A DNA stretch of 21,166 nucleotides from Promethearchaeota archaeon (GTDB lineage: Archaea > Asgardarchaeota > Lokiarchaeia > Sigyniarchaeales > SOKP01), in contig JBHLPW010000075.1 of NCBI GenBank assembly GCA_048939015.1, forward strand, positions 1-21,166. The letters are read 5' to 3'. This document shows positions 1-7,990 of the stretch, piece by piece. How positions within the stretch are numbered: the first letter of the stretch is position 1; each line of letters opens with the position of its first letter. Position numbers and translations under genes: made by a program. The notes under the pieces were generated by a model, which was not told the origin of the DNA, ran no database searches, and saw only the letters and a program-made list of their open reading frames with translations.

Positions 1-2
1 GG

Positions 3-1073
3 ATAGGTCGTGTTGTTGGAGACTTCGTCGGTATCCCTGTTGAATTGAAATCATATGAAGATATTAAGAATAAGTATGGTAATATCACTGATTACCCTGA
101 ACCAATAGATCTTAATCATGTTAATGACGACGAAATGTATGAAATTATTGCTTTAATAGCATTAGAAAAATATGGCATTGATATTACAGCTAGAGAAATT
201 GCTTTTGAATGGGTCAATCTTCTTAAAAGAGAAGATTATGTATTTACAGCAGAAAAAATAGCTTTAAATAACCTTAAAGCAGGAATTAAACCACCTCAAT
301 CTGGAATTTTAAACAATTTCTATTTTGATTTTATAGGTGCTCAAATGAGAGCTGATATTTGGGGTTTAATAACACCAGGATGCCCGAATATTGCAAAGAA
401 ATATGCTGAAATCGATGGTTCAATCTCTCATGCTGGAATTGGTATTGAAGGTGAGATATTCATAGCTACTTTAATATCTCTGGGATTCTTTGAAAAAGAT
501 ATTAGACATAATATTGATACTGCTTTACAATATCTTCCATCTGAAAAAGAAAGTCTCTATTCTAAAATGATAAAAAAAGCCATTGAAATATATAAGCAGA
601 ATCCGACTGATTATAGAGCAGCTAGGAAGAAGTTAATAAAGGAATATTGGATAAAGGAGGTGGTTAGAGAAGTTCTTAATTCTTCCAAAGATTTCTCGAT
701 AGAAAGAAGATTATTGCTAAATACTCGTTTAGGAAGTGTTCATGTATTACCGAATATTGGAATAATAATATTATCGCTTCTATATGGTGCCCAGGATGAA
801 CAAGATCCTTTTGGAAAATCCATTTGTACTGCTGCTATGATGGGTTATGATACAGATTGCAATTGTGGTAATATCGGAGCTATTCTTGGAGTACAACAGG
901 GTGCTAATAAAATACCTTTAAAATGGAGGGAACCTCTACAGGATACTTTCTCTACGTATGTAAAGGGATATGAGAAATGGAAAATCTCCGAATTGTCACG
1001 AAGAATCGTCAATATAGGAATAAAAGTAGTAGAAAATAAAGCTCAAAGCGTAATAAAAATAAATTCAAGATAA
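3..1073 (+). CDS. ADP-ribosylglycohydrolase (DraG/ARH) family protein, 5'-truncated by the window edge
   Basis: The frame is open from position 3 (IGRVVGDFVGIPVELKSY), giving the family N-terminal GDxxGxPVE motif, so TTG at 45 is not the start. Also NDD (TDD-like), GAQMRAD, SH and DTDCNCGNIGAILG motifs. Confidence 0.88.
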   Translation: MGRVVGDFVGIPVELKSYEDIKNKYGNITDYPEPIDLNHVNDDEMYEIIALIALEKYGIDITAREIAFEWVNLLKREDYVFTAEKIALNNLKAGIKPPQSGILNNFYFDFIGAQMRADIWGLITPGCPNIAKKYAEIDGSISHAGIGIEGEIFIATLISLGFFEKDIRHNIDTALQYLPSEKESLYSKMIKKAIEIYKQNPTDYRAARKKLIKEYWIKEVVREVLNSSKDFSIERRLLLNTRLGSVHVLPNIGIIILSLLYGAQDEQDPFGKSICTAAMMGYDTDCNCGNIGAILGVQQGANKIPLKWREPLQDTFSTYVKGYEKWKISELSRRIVNIGIKVVENKAQSVIKINSR

Positions 1074-1104
1074 GTTATTTAATAGGGAATAAAAGTATAT
1101 GTTG

Positions 1105-1125
1105 TAAGATATTACAGATATCTTA
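1105..1125. repeat. Perfect inverted repeat TAAGATAT-N5-ATATCTTA (possible terminator hairpin or protein-binding site)
   Basis: 8-bp arms read directly, 31 nt after the ARH stop. Function is unknown and the context is AT-rich. Confidence 0.4.
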
Positions 1126-1179
1126 AGGTATTATTATCAACTTCTTATATAATATATCGCAAATATATTAAAACAAAAC

Positions 1180-1195
1180 ATGTATAAATATACAT
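1180..1195 (+). promoter_or_regulatory. Palindrome ATGTATA-AA-TATACAT overlapping a TATA-like box upstream of abfD (candidate operator)
   Basis: Perfect 7-2-7 inverted repeat 43 nt upstream of the ATG at 1239. 13 nt of it (TATAAATATACAT) recur at 9198-9210. Confidence 0.45.
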
Positions 1196-1238
1196 AAACA
1201 ATTTATCTTGAAAATATATTTTAAAAAATTGATGCGAA

Positions 1239-2792
1239 ATGGTTAGAACAAAAGAACAGTACATGAAAGATTTAGGTAGAATGAAGCCAAATCTGTATTA
1301 CAATGGAAGAGAACTCGATAGATTAGATGATCTTCACATGGATTGTCTAAATACTATTGGAACTACATTTGATGCATTTGATGATCCTGAATTTAAAGAT
1401 TTAATACAAGTAAAGTCTCATCTTACAGGTGAAATAATTAATAGATTTACCCATATTCATCATAGTACTGATGACCTTCATAAAAAGCAAGATATGACTC
1501 GAAAGTTATGTCAAAAAGTTGGTGGTTGTATTCAACGATGCATGGGTTGCGATGCAGCGAACGCAGTATATAATGTTTCATATGAAGCTGATAAACTAAA
1601 TAATGGAGAATCGCATTACCATGAAAATTTTAAAAAATGGGTTTTACGATTCCAACAAGAAGATTTAGTTTCAGCTGGAGCTCAAACAGACGTAAAAGGT
1701 GATAGAATTAAAAGGCCTGCTGATCAAGCAGACCCTGATATGTATGTTCATGTTGTAGAAAAAAAGAAAGATGGGATTATAGTTAGTGGCTGTAAGTTAC
1801 ACATTTCAGAAGCTTCCGTGTCTGATGAACTATTAGTAATCCCAACAAGAGCATTGAGACCTGAAGATAAAGATTACGCAGTTGCGTTCGCGGTACCAGG
1901 AGATTATGAGGGTGTTTCTCAAGTGGTCACTATCCATAATCTTCGAAAGAGAGAATATTTCCCACGCGGTTTTCAACCAGGAGCCACAGATTCGTATTTA
2001 ATTTTTGATGAGGTGTTCGTTCCTTGGGAAAGAGTATTTTTATGCGGTGAATACCAGCATGGTGGTGCCCTTGCCCTACTGTTTGGTCTCTTTCACCGAC
2101 ATAGTTATTCGGGATGCAAACCTGCAATTGGAGATATTATGACTGGAACAGCAGCCTTGGCAGCTGAATATAACAATATCGCCAAAGCAACACATGTTAG
2201 ACATAAATTAGCAGAACTAATCTTAGTTACAGAACTTGGTTATGCTGCTGGATACACTGCTTCTGATTTGGGAAGTTCAAAAGTGTACATGCCTGGAGTA
2301 GGTTTTATTCCTTATGGACCAGGAAGCTATATTCCAGATTCAATTTACTGCAATGTTGGAAGATGTTTAACTGGAGAAAATGTATTTCGTGAAGCTGAGA
2401 TAATAACGGATATTTGTGGAGGTATTCCAGCAACATTCCCACATGAACGAGATTTTGTCAATCCTAAATTGAAGGACAAACTCTATAAATATATTACTAG
2501 AAACCCAAAAATATCACCTGAAAATGCCGCACAATTCTGGAGGTATGTTGGTGATATGATTTGTTCTTCAACAGGAGGCGTCCATCTCTTCGGAAGTTAC
2601 CATGGAGGAGGAAGCCCAGTTATGGAAGAAATAGCTATTACGACCCAATATGACATTGAAGCCCGAAAAACAATGGTAAAAAAAATAGCTGGAATTGACG
2701 ATGAGTTAAACAAAAAAAGATTGAAATTCAATGAGTCTAATAATACTAAATTAATTACACAAAATTTAGATAAAACAATATCTGAAAAATAA
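1239..2792 (+). CDS. abfD: 4-hydroxybutyryl-CoA dehydratase / vinylacetyl-CoA isomerase (AbfD/HpaB superfamily, FAD + [4Fe-4S])
   Basis: CIQRCMGCDA and FHRHSYSGCK match the AbfD Cys-x3-Cys and His-x6-Cys cluster ligands. Also QTDVKGDR, SGCKLHI and C-terminal HGGGSP; 517 aa. Confidence 0.85.
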   Translation: MVRTKEQYMKDLGRMKPNLYYNGRELDRLDDLHMDCLNTIGTTFDAFDDPEFKDLIQVKSHLTGEIINRFTHIHHSTDDLHKKQDMTRKLCQKVGGCIQRCMGCDAANAVYNVSYEADKLNNGESHYHENFKKWVLRFQQEDLVSAGAQTDVKGDRIKRPADQADPDMYVHVVEKKKDGIIVSGCKLHISEASVSDELLVIPTRALRPEDKDYAVAFAVPGDYEGVSQVVTIHNLRKREYFPRGFQPGATDSYLIFDEVFVPWERVFLCGEYQHGGALALLFGLFHRHSYSGCKPAIGDIMTGTAALAAEYNNIAKATHVRHKLAELILVTELGYAAGYTASDLGSSKVYMPGVGFIPYGPGSYIPDSIYCNVGRCLTGENVFREAEIITDICGGIPATFPHERDFVNPKLKDKLYKYITRNPKISPENAAQFWRYVGDMICSSTGGVHLFGSYHGGGSPVMEEIAITTQYDIEARKTMVKKIAGIDDELNKKRLKFNESNNTKLITQNLDKTISEK

Positions 2793-2910
2793 TTAAAAAT
2801 TATATCTTAATTTCTAATTTTCTTTTTTAAAATCAGAGATCAAAGCTTTAGCAGGAATTTAAAGAAGATTACTAACTAAAATAATTAAAAATAGATTTTT
2901 ATTTGAATTT

Positions 2911-3471
2911 CTAATTTTTCCTTTTTGGTTTAAAAATTATAGCTGGGTTAGTACGAGTTGAGAATTTAAAATTATCTGCTTCTTTGATATCACCATATTT
3001 TGATTCTAACTCTTCTAATATGCCTGCATCTAATGCTCTTGTTCGACAGGTCTCAACACATACAGGTAATTTACCTTCTAGATATTTATCTACACAAAAA
3101 TTGCATTTTCGCATTTTTGCGCCCTTTTGAAGCCCAAATTGAGGTGCATTATAGGGGCATGCTTTTAAGCATTTTGAATCACATTCTTCATTGCCTAAAC
3201 ATAAATCACTATTGACAATAACGATTCCATCTTCTTCTCTTTTAGTGATAGCATTAACAGGACATACTGGGATACAGACGGGATCTTTACAATGAAAACA
3301 GGGATTAATAATATAACTTACAAATATATTTGGAAATTTTCCTTCCTCATTATAGTTAATCCTCATCCATCTTTCTGGACCAGCTGGAACGTCATTCCAA
3401 TCTTTACAGGCAATTACACATGCAGAACATCCAATGCATCGATTTTGATCAAAATAGAAGCCAACTTGCAT
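2911..3471 (-). CDS. dmsB: DmsB-like 4x[4Fe-4S] electron-transfer subunit (copy 1)
   Basis: MQVGFYFDQNRCIGCSACVIACKDWN, CFHCKDPVCIPVCP, CLGNEECDSKCLKACP and CNFC...CVETC. Start moved to ATG 3471, which follows a GGAGGA SD and lies 1 nt after the A-subunit stop. Confidence 0.9.
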   Translation of the reverse strand: MQVGFYFDQNRCIGCSACVIACKDWNDVPAGPERWMRINYNEEGKFPNIFVSYIINPCFHCKDPVCIPVCPVNAITKREEDGIVIVNSDLCLGNEECDSKCLKACPYNAPQFGLQKGAKMRKCNFCVDKYLEGKLPVCVETCRTRALDAGILEELESKYGDIKEADNFKFSTRTNPAIIFKPKRKN

Positions 3472-3472
3472 A

Positions 3473-5713
3473 TTAAATTCCTCCTTTAAATTTTTTGAAT
3501 TCAACTAAACACGAGTTTAAAGCAGACGCTCCGCCAGGAGAATATGCATCTTTTGTTAGAGTATTAACACATCCACCTCGATCAATACCATTTCCATCTG
3601 GATCGTACCATGCTCCTTCAAAAATACAAATTACTCCAGGAATTATTCTCTCGGTTAACCATGCTTTAATTGTGAGTTTTCCCCTATCATTAAACACTAA
3701 AATTTCATCTCCATCTTTAATTTCTCTTGCTTCAGCATCATGAGGATTAATCCAAGCTACATGTGGTTCAACTTCTTTAAGCCACTCAACTAAGAAAAAT
3801 TCTGAATGAACCCTATTTTTAGGATGTGGAGATATTAATTGTATCGGGTATTTTTCATTTAAGGGATCATATCTTCCTTCCCATCTTTCCATATATTTAG
3901 GAATTGGAGGATTTTCAGGATCGTTTAGATCTGCAATTCTTTGTGAAAAAATCTCAATTTTACCTGATGGTGTATTAAATGGTTTGTTTTCAATATCTTC
4001 GATCTGATCTTTAAATGCAACATATGGTTCTTCGAGTTTAAGGCGATGAATTCCCTCTTGTCTAAATTTATTGATATCTCTTATATTTTTTCTAGTGTCT
4101 TCTCTTAATTTTATTAAAAACCTTAAAGCCTTTTTCTCATCGGGGTATTTTTCAAATTCTTCTAATCCAAGTTTGTCTGCTAGTTCTTCTGCAATTCTTA
4201 AATCCGACTTACATTCTCCAAGAGGTTCAATTAGTTGATTTGCACTTACAAAGTAGGGCCCTGAAGGCCAAGGTCTTACTAAATCGCTTTTTTCTGCAAT
4301 ACTTGTTACAGGAAGAATTATATCAGCATATCTTGCTGTTGGTGTAAGCCATAAATCCGCTATGACCATATAATCAAGCTTTTTCAAAGCTTCTGCAGAT
4401 TTGCTAGTATTTCCTAATTGGTTTAAAAAATTATTATTTACGAACCAGGCAAATTTAACGTCAAAAGGATAACCTCCATCCTTTCCTTTTAATATAGCAT
4501 CAAAAATTTTATTTGTATGACATCTTGCTTGAAACCTAAGTTGTAAATCTAAAGAACCTCGAACTGACTTCAATCCTGTTTCAACTGGATTTCTATAGGG
4601 AGGAGGTATCCTAGAAGCAAAAAACATATGACCATAAGGAATTCCCATTAATCCACCAGCAGCACTTCCTCCATGTTTGCCTACATTTCCGGTCATTGCT
4701 GTTAATGTCATAGCACATCTATTATACAGTTCTCCTACAGCACTTCGCGCAGGACCTTGACAATCCATTAATGCAGCTGGTTTTATTGTTGCATACTCAC
4801 GAGCAAGGTTAGAAATTGTTTCTGCTTGTACAGAAGTAATTTTCTCTGCCCAATCAGGTGTTTTAAGTATTCCATCTTCTTTACCCATAACATAATCCTT
4901 GAATTTCTCAAATCCTATAGAATATTTATCTAAAAATTCCCTATCATAAAGATCTTCATCGATCATAACATAAGCCATAGCAACCATCATTGCAGTATCA
5001 GTTCCAGGTATAATTGGGATCCATTGATCTGCTAAAACAACTGCAGAATCTGTATATCTTGGATCAATGCAAATTATTTTTATCCCACTTTCTTTAGCTT
5101 TAATTAAATTAAATATTGTATCTGAGCCAGAGATCATCCTGGCAGGATCCCAACCCCACATAATGATTAATTTAGAATTTAATAAATCAGTACGACTATG
5201 TCCAACAAAAGGGGAAGTGTATTGAGTCTGGGTTGCATAAACTGCTCCTTCAGAAGATACATTACCATAATGAGTGGAATATCCCCCAAATTGGGTTAAA
5301 AGTCTCATCATCGCGAACATTCCATCATGATAAGCACCTTGATAAGCTCCACCATTTGCTAAAAAAATGCTTGAATTTCCATATTTTTCTTTAACTTCTT
5401 TAAGTTTTTCGGCAATTTCAGTTAATGCCCCATCCCATGATATTCGTTTAAATTTTCCAGATCCTTTTGGACCATCTCTCTTTAATGGATATTTTAAGCG
5501 CTTTGGATGATATACATATTGTCTAAGAGCTCTACACCTTAAGCAAGTTCGAAGTTGTTCATCTTTTTGTTCATAATCATCTCCTTCTACTCTAATAATC
5601 TTACCATTTTTAATATGAACTTTAAGCGGGCACCTTCCTCCGCAATCAAAAGTAGAAGCTGTGCGGATAATTTTAATATTTTTTTCATTCGTATCCTTTT
5701 CTTGATTTAGCAT
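3473..5713 (-). CDS. dmsA: DMSO-reductase-family Mo/W-bisPGD oxidoreductase catalytic subunit, DmsA-like, no Tat signal (copy 1)
   Basis: DCGGRC...RTCLRCR FS0 region, RLKYPLKR, RISWD, HYGNVSS (Ser ligand region like DmsA HYGDYSS), IDPRYTDS, PGTDTA, ADIILP, TPSGKIEI and a C-terminal PGD-binding domain. ATG 5713 follows GAGAGG. Substrate is not determined. Confidence 0.9.
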   Translation of the reverse strand: MLNQEKDTNEKNIKIIRTASTFDCGGRCPLKVHIKNGKIIRVEGDDYEQKDEQLRTCLRCRALRQYVYHPKRLKYPLKRDGPKGSGKFKRISWDGALTEIAEKLKEVKEKYGNSSIFLANGGAYQGAYHDGMFAMMRLLTQFGGYSTHYGNVSSEGAVYATQTQYTSPFVGHSRTDLLNSKLIIMWGWDPARMISGSDTIFNLIKAKESGIKIICIDPRYTDSAVVLADQWIPIIPGTDTAMMVAMAYVMIDEDLYDREFLDKYSIGFEKFKDYVMGKEDGILKTPDWAEKITSVQAETISNLAREYATIKPAALMDCQGPARSAVGELYNRCAMTLTAMTGNVGKHGGSAAGGLMGIPYGHMFFASRIPPPYRNPVETGLKSVRGSLDLQLRFQARCHTNKIFDAILKGKDGGYPFDVKFAWFVNNNFLNQLGNTSKSAEALKKLDYMVIADLWLTPTARYADIILPVTSIAEKSDLVRPWPSGPYFVSANQLIEPLGECKSDLRIAEELADKLGLEEFEKYPDEKKALRFLIKLREDTRKNIRDINKFRQEGIHRLKLEEPYVAFKDQIEDIENKPFNTPSGKIEIFSQRIADLNDPENPPIPKYMERWEGRYDPLNEKYPIQLISPHPKNRVHSEFFLVEWLKEVEPHVAWINPHDAEAREIKDGDEILVFNDRGKLTIKAWLTERIIPGVICIFEGAWYDPDGNGIDRGGCVNTLTKDAYSPGGASALNSCLVEFKKFKGGI

Positions 5714-5997
5714 CAAATCCTCTCACTAAAAATTAATCAAATTTAATTATTAAGAGCTTGAATAATAATAATTATTCTTTGCCTTCTACCCTTATAATAT
5801 TTGTTAGTTAAAAATTTCATCTGGTAATGTGACAACTTATCTTTTGTCTTCTAGATCTCTCATCAATTCCGATTCAAGTAGTTAAATTAACTGTTGAGGA
5901 ATGAATGGTTCCGAATTATGAGAAATTTTCTTTAGAGTACTCGAACCGCAATTCTTATAGAAAATCTCATTAAATATAATAGATTTTTCTTTAAAAA

Positions 5998-6687
5998 TTA
6001 TGAATCTAACAACTTTTCTATATTTTCTAATAAAAAATTACGAAATTCTTCCCTACTGAAATCAGCTTTTCCAAATTGTAAGAGTTCGCTAGCGTAATCT
6101 TCTTTATATTTTGGATCTTGTTCAACTCTTCTCATATGTCTTTCTACCATTGCTGCTCCTAAAACTAAACTGTAAGTAAAGAAAGTTAGCATTCCCGCAT
6201 TTGAAAAATTAATCTCTTCTTTTTCAATGGCCTCCTGGATCACTTTAGCTGTACCTATGAGATAATTAAATTCACGATATTCTTTTTCAAAAGGTCCTAT
6301 TTTGTCAGAAGGAGGAGATTCTCTTAGATGCATCATAGCAAAAGCCGCAAAATCGTTTTCAGCAAATACCATAAAATTATCAAAAATTTTCATTAAGAGA
6401 TCTTTAGTAGAACCCTTATGTTCTTTAATTATTTTTCTAGTTTGTTCTCGATATTGCGCGTAAAACTTGTTTCGGATAGCAATCCATAATTCTCTTTTAC
6501 TCTCTACATAATTATACAAATTGTTTTGATTCATACCAAGAATTTTAGCTAGACCTCGTAGGCTAAAACCATCTCTGCCCTTTTCTAAAAATAATTCTTT
6601 TCCAGCTTCTAAAATTTTTTCAAATTGAGCTGCTTTTTTTTCAGGCGAACGACTTCGAGTTTGCTTTTTAGATGAATTATTGCTCAT
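5998..6687 (-). CDS. TetR/AcrR family transcriptional regulator (copy 1)
   Basis: ILEAGKELFLEKGRDGFSLRGLAKILGMNQNNLYNYVESKRELW is a TetR HTH. ATG 6687 is preferred by alignment with the paralog at 18902-19636. Confidence 0.9.
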   Translation of the reverse strand: MSNNSSKKQTRSRSPEKKAAQFEKILEAGKELFLEKGRDGFSLRGLAKILGMNQNNLYNYVESKRELWIAIRNKFYAQYREQTRKIIKEHKGSTKDLLMKIFDNFMVFAENDFAAFAMMHLRESPPSDKIGPFEKEYREFNYLIGTAKVIQEAIEKEEINFSNAGMLTFFTYSLVLGAAMVERHMRRVEQDPKYKEDYASELLQFGKADFSREEFRNFLLENIEKLLDS

Positions 6688-6827
6688 TGTTATTTTACAA
6701 ATTTCTTTATCAGAGCTATATATCAATTTTTCTTTATAGATTTAACTCAATACTTCTCTATTCCTAATTAAGTAATTCTGATTTAAATATAATATGTATA
6801 TTGAGGGAAAAAAAGGGGAACAAATTT

Positions 6828-6867
6828 AAAAAAAAATAACACAAAATGTGTTTTGAATAATTCAAAA
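6828..6867 (-). terminator. Overlapping inverted repeats followed by a minus-strand T-run downstream of the FabK/NMO gene (terminator, or operator of tetR1)
   Basis: TTTTGAAT-A-ATTCAAAA (6851-6867) and AACACA-AAA-TGTGTT (6838-6852), then A9 at 6828-6836 (U-tract on the minus strand). Confidence 0.4.
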
Positions 6868-6889
6868 ATAATTTAAATATACAAATTTA

Positions 6890-7930
6890 TTATTTTAACT
6901 TACTATAATTATTTCTAATCGCAGACTCTGCTTCCTTCATTATTCTCTCGATAATATCATTAACATCATCAATACTATCAATTATTCCAATAGATTGTCC
7001 TAGTAATACAGCACCAGTTGTAGTATCTCCATTATAAACCCTATCATAAGCACCTAAATCTTTCACTCTTTGCTCAGGAGATATAGATTGCTCGTATGCT
7101 ATCATTTCTTCTTTAGAACTGGGTGCTGGATGTGATAGCGCGTATTCATTTTTATATAAGCGAATAGGTCCAAATGATCCAGTGTAAAGCCCAGTATCTT
7201 GTGGTTTCCCAGGGGGAACTAATGCCTTATATTTCTCATGGAATTCACTCTGTTTTGAAGCAATGAATCTAGAACCCATGGCTATAGCTCCTGCTCCTAA
7301 TGAAAGTGCCGCCGCTAATGCTTCACCTGTAGCAAATCCTCCACATGCGATTTTGGGTAATTCGGGAAATACTTTATTAATTTGTTGTAGTAATACAAGA
7401 GTTGAAACTCTCTCATAAGATTGATGACCACCTCCTTCAGTTCCAGTCACTACTATCCCATCTACATCTGAATCTACACATTTCTGAGCAAGCCATACAG
7501 CCGGGGCTACATGAAAGTGTTTAACTTCCGAATTTTCCCTTAATTCTTGAAAATATTTAGATTTTGGTAGAAATCTTGAAGATCCTGCAGAAGTAAGCCA
7601 ATATTTACATTGATCCCTCATTTTCGGATTTTTCATAACTATTTGGGGTATTTTTCTTGCCATCTCTCGAACTCCCGGATTATTACGAGAAGTAAGAATA
7701 TTGAGTCCAAAAGGTTTATCTGTGTGCTCAATCATAAATTCCAAGCTTTCTAGATGCTCCTTGACAGGATCTGTTCCCACAATATTTACATTCGATAAAA
7801 CACCTAAACCACCAGCTTCAGAAACTGCAAGAGCTAGATCTCGTGTAAAAAAGGGACCCATTGGTGCACTAAATATGGGATATTTAATCCCAAACATTTT
7901 AGTTATATTAGTCTCTATCATTTTATTCAT
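6890..7930 (-). CDS. Nitronate monooxygenase / FabK-like enoyl-thioester reductase family FMN protein
   Basis: FGIKYPIFSAPMG, LAVSEAGGLGVL, TDKPFGLN, GTEGGGH (catalytic His), ACGGFATG, LGAGAIAMGSRF and GQSIGII. Confidence 0.88.
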   Translation of the reverse strand: MNKMIETNITKMFGIKYPIFSAPMGPFFTRDLALAVSEAGGLGVLSNVNIVGTDPVKEHLESLEFMIEHTDKPFGLNILTSRNNPGVREMARKIPQIVMKNPKMRDQCKYWLTSAGSSRFLPKSKYFQELRENSEVKHFHVAPAVWLAQKCVDSDVDGIVVTGTEGGGHQSYERVSTLVLLQQINKVFPELPKIACGGFATGEALAAALSLGAGAIAMGSRFIASKQSEFHEKYKALVPPGKPQDTGLYTGSFGPIRLYKNEYALSHPAPSSKEEMIAYEQSISPEQRVKDLGAYDRVYNGDTTTGAVLLGQSIGIIDSIDDVNDIIERIMKEAESAIRNNYSKLK

Positions 7931-7990
7931 TCTCTTGAATTTTTAAAAATATTGATAATTAAAAAAATTAAAAAAAAATAGAGAAGTAAA

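Noticed and set aside
1930-3743. Track ORFs 1930-2127(-), 3000-3215(+), 3292-3489(+) and 3495-3743(+)
   Set aside because: Short antisense shadows of well-supported genes, with no motifs.
5937-5950. tRNA gene or tRNA-derived att site (GGTTCGAGT on the minus strand)
   Set aside because: No pairing T-stem, acceptor stem, D-arm or CCA around it.
5717-5997. Known Moco/Wco riboswitch upstream of the molybdoenzyme
   Set aside because: I could not find the GNRA/GAAA-capped stems and SD-sequestering helix expected of that family. Kept only as an unassigned structured region.
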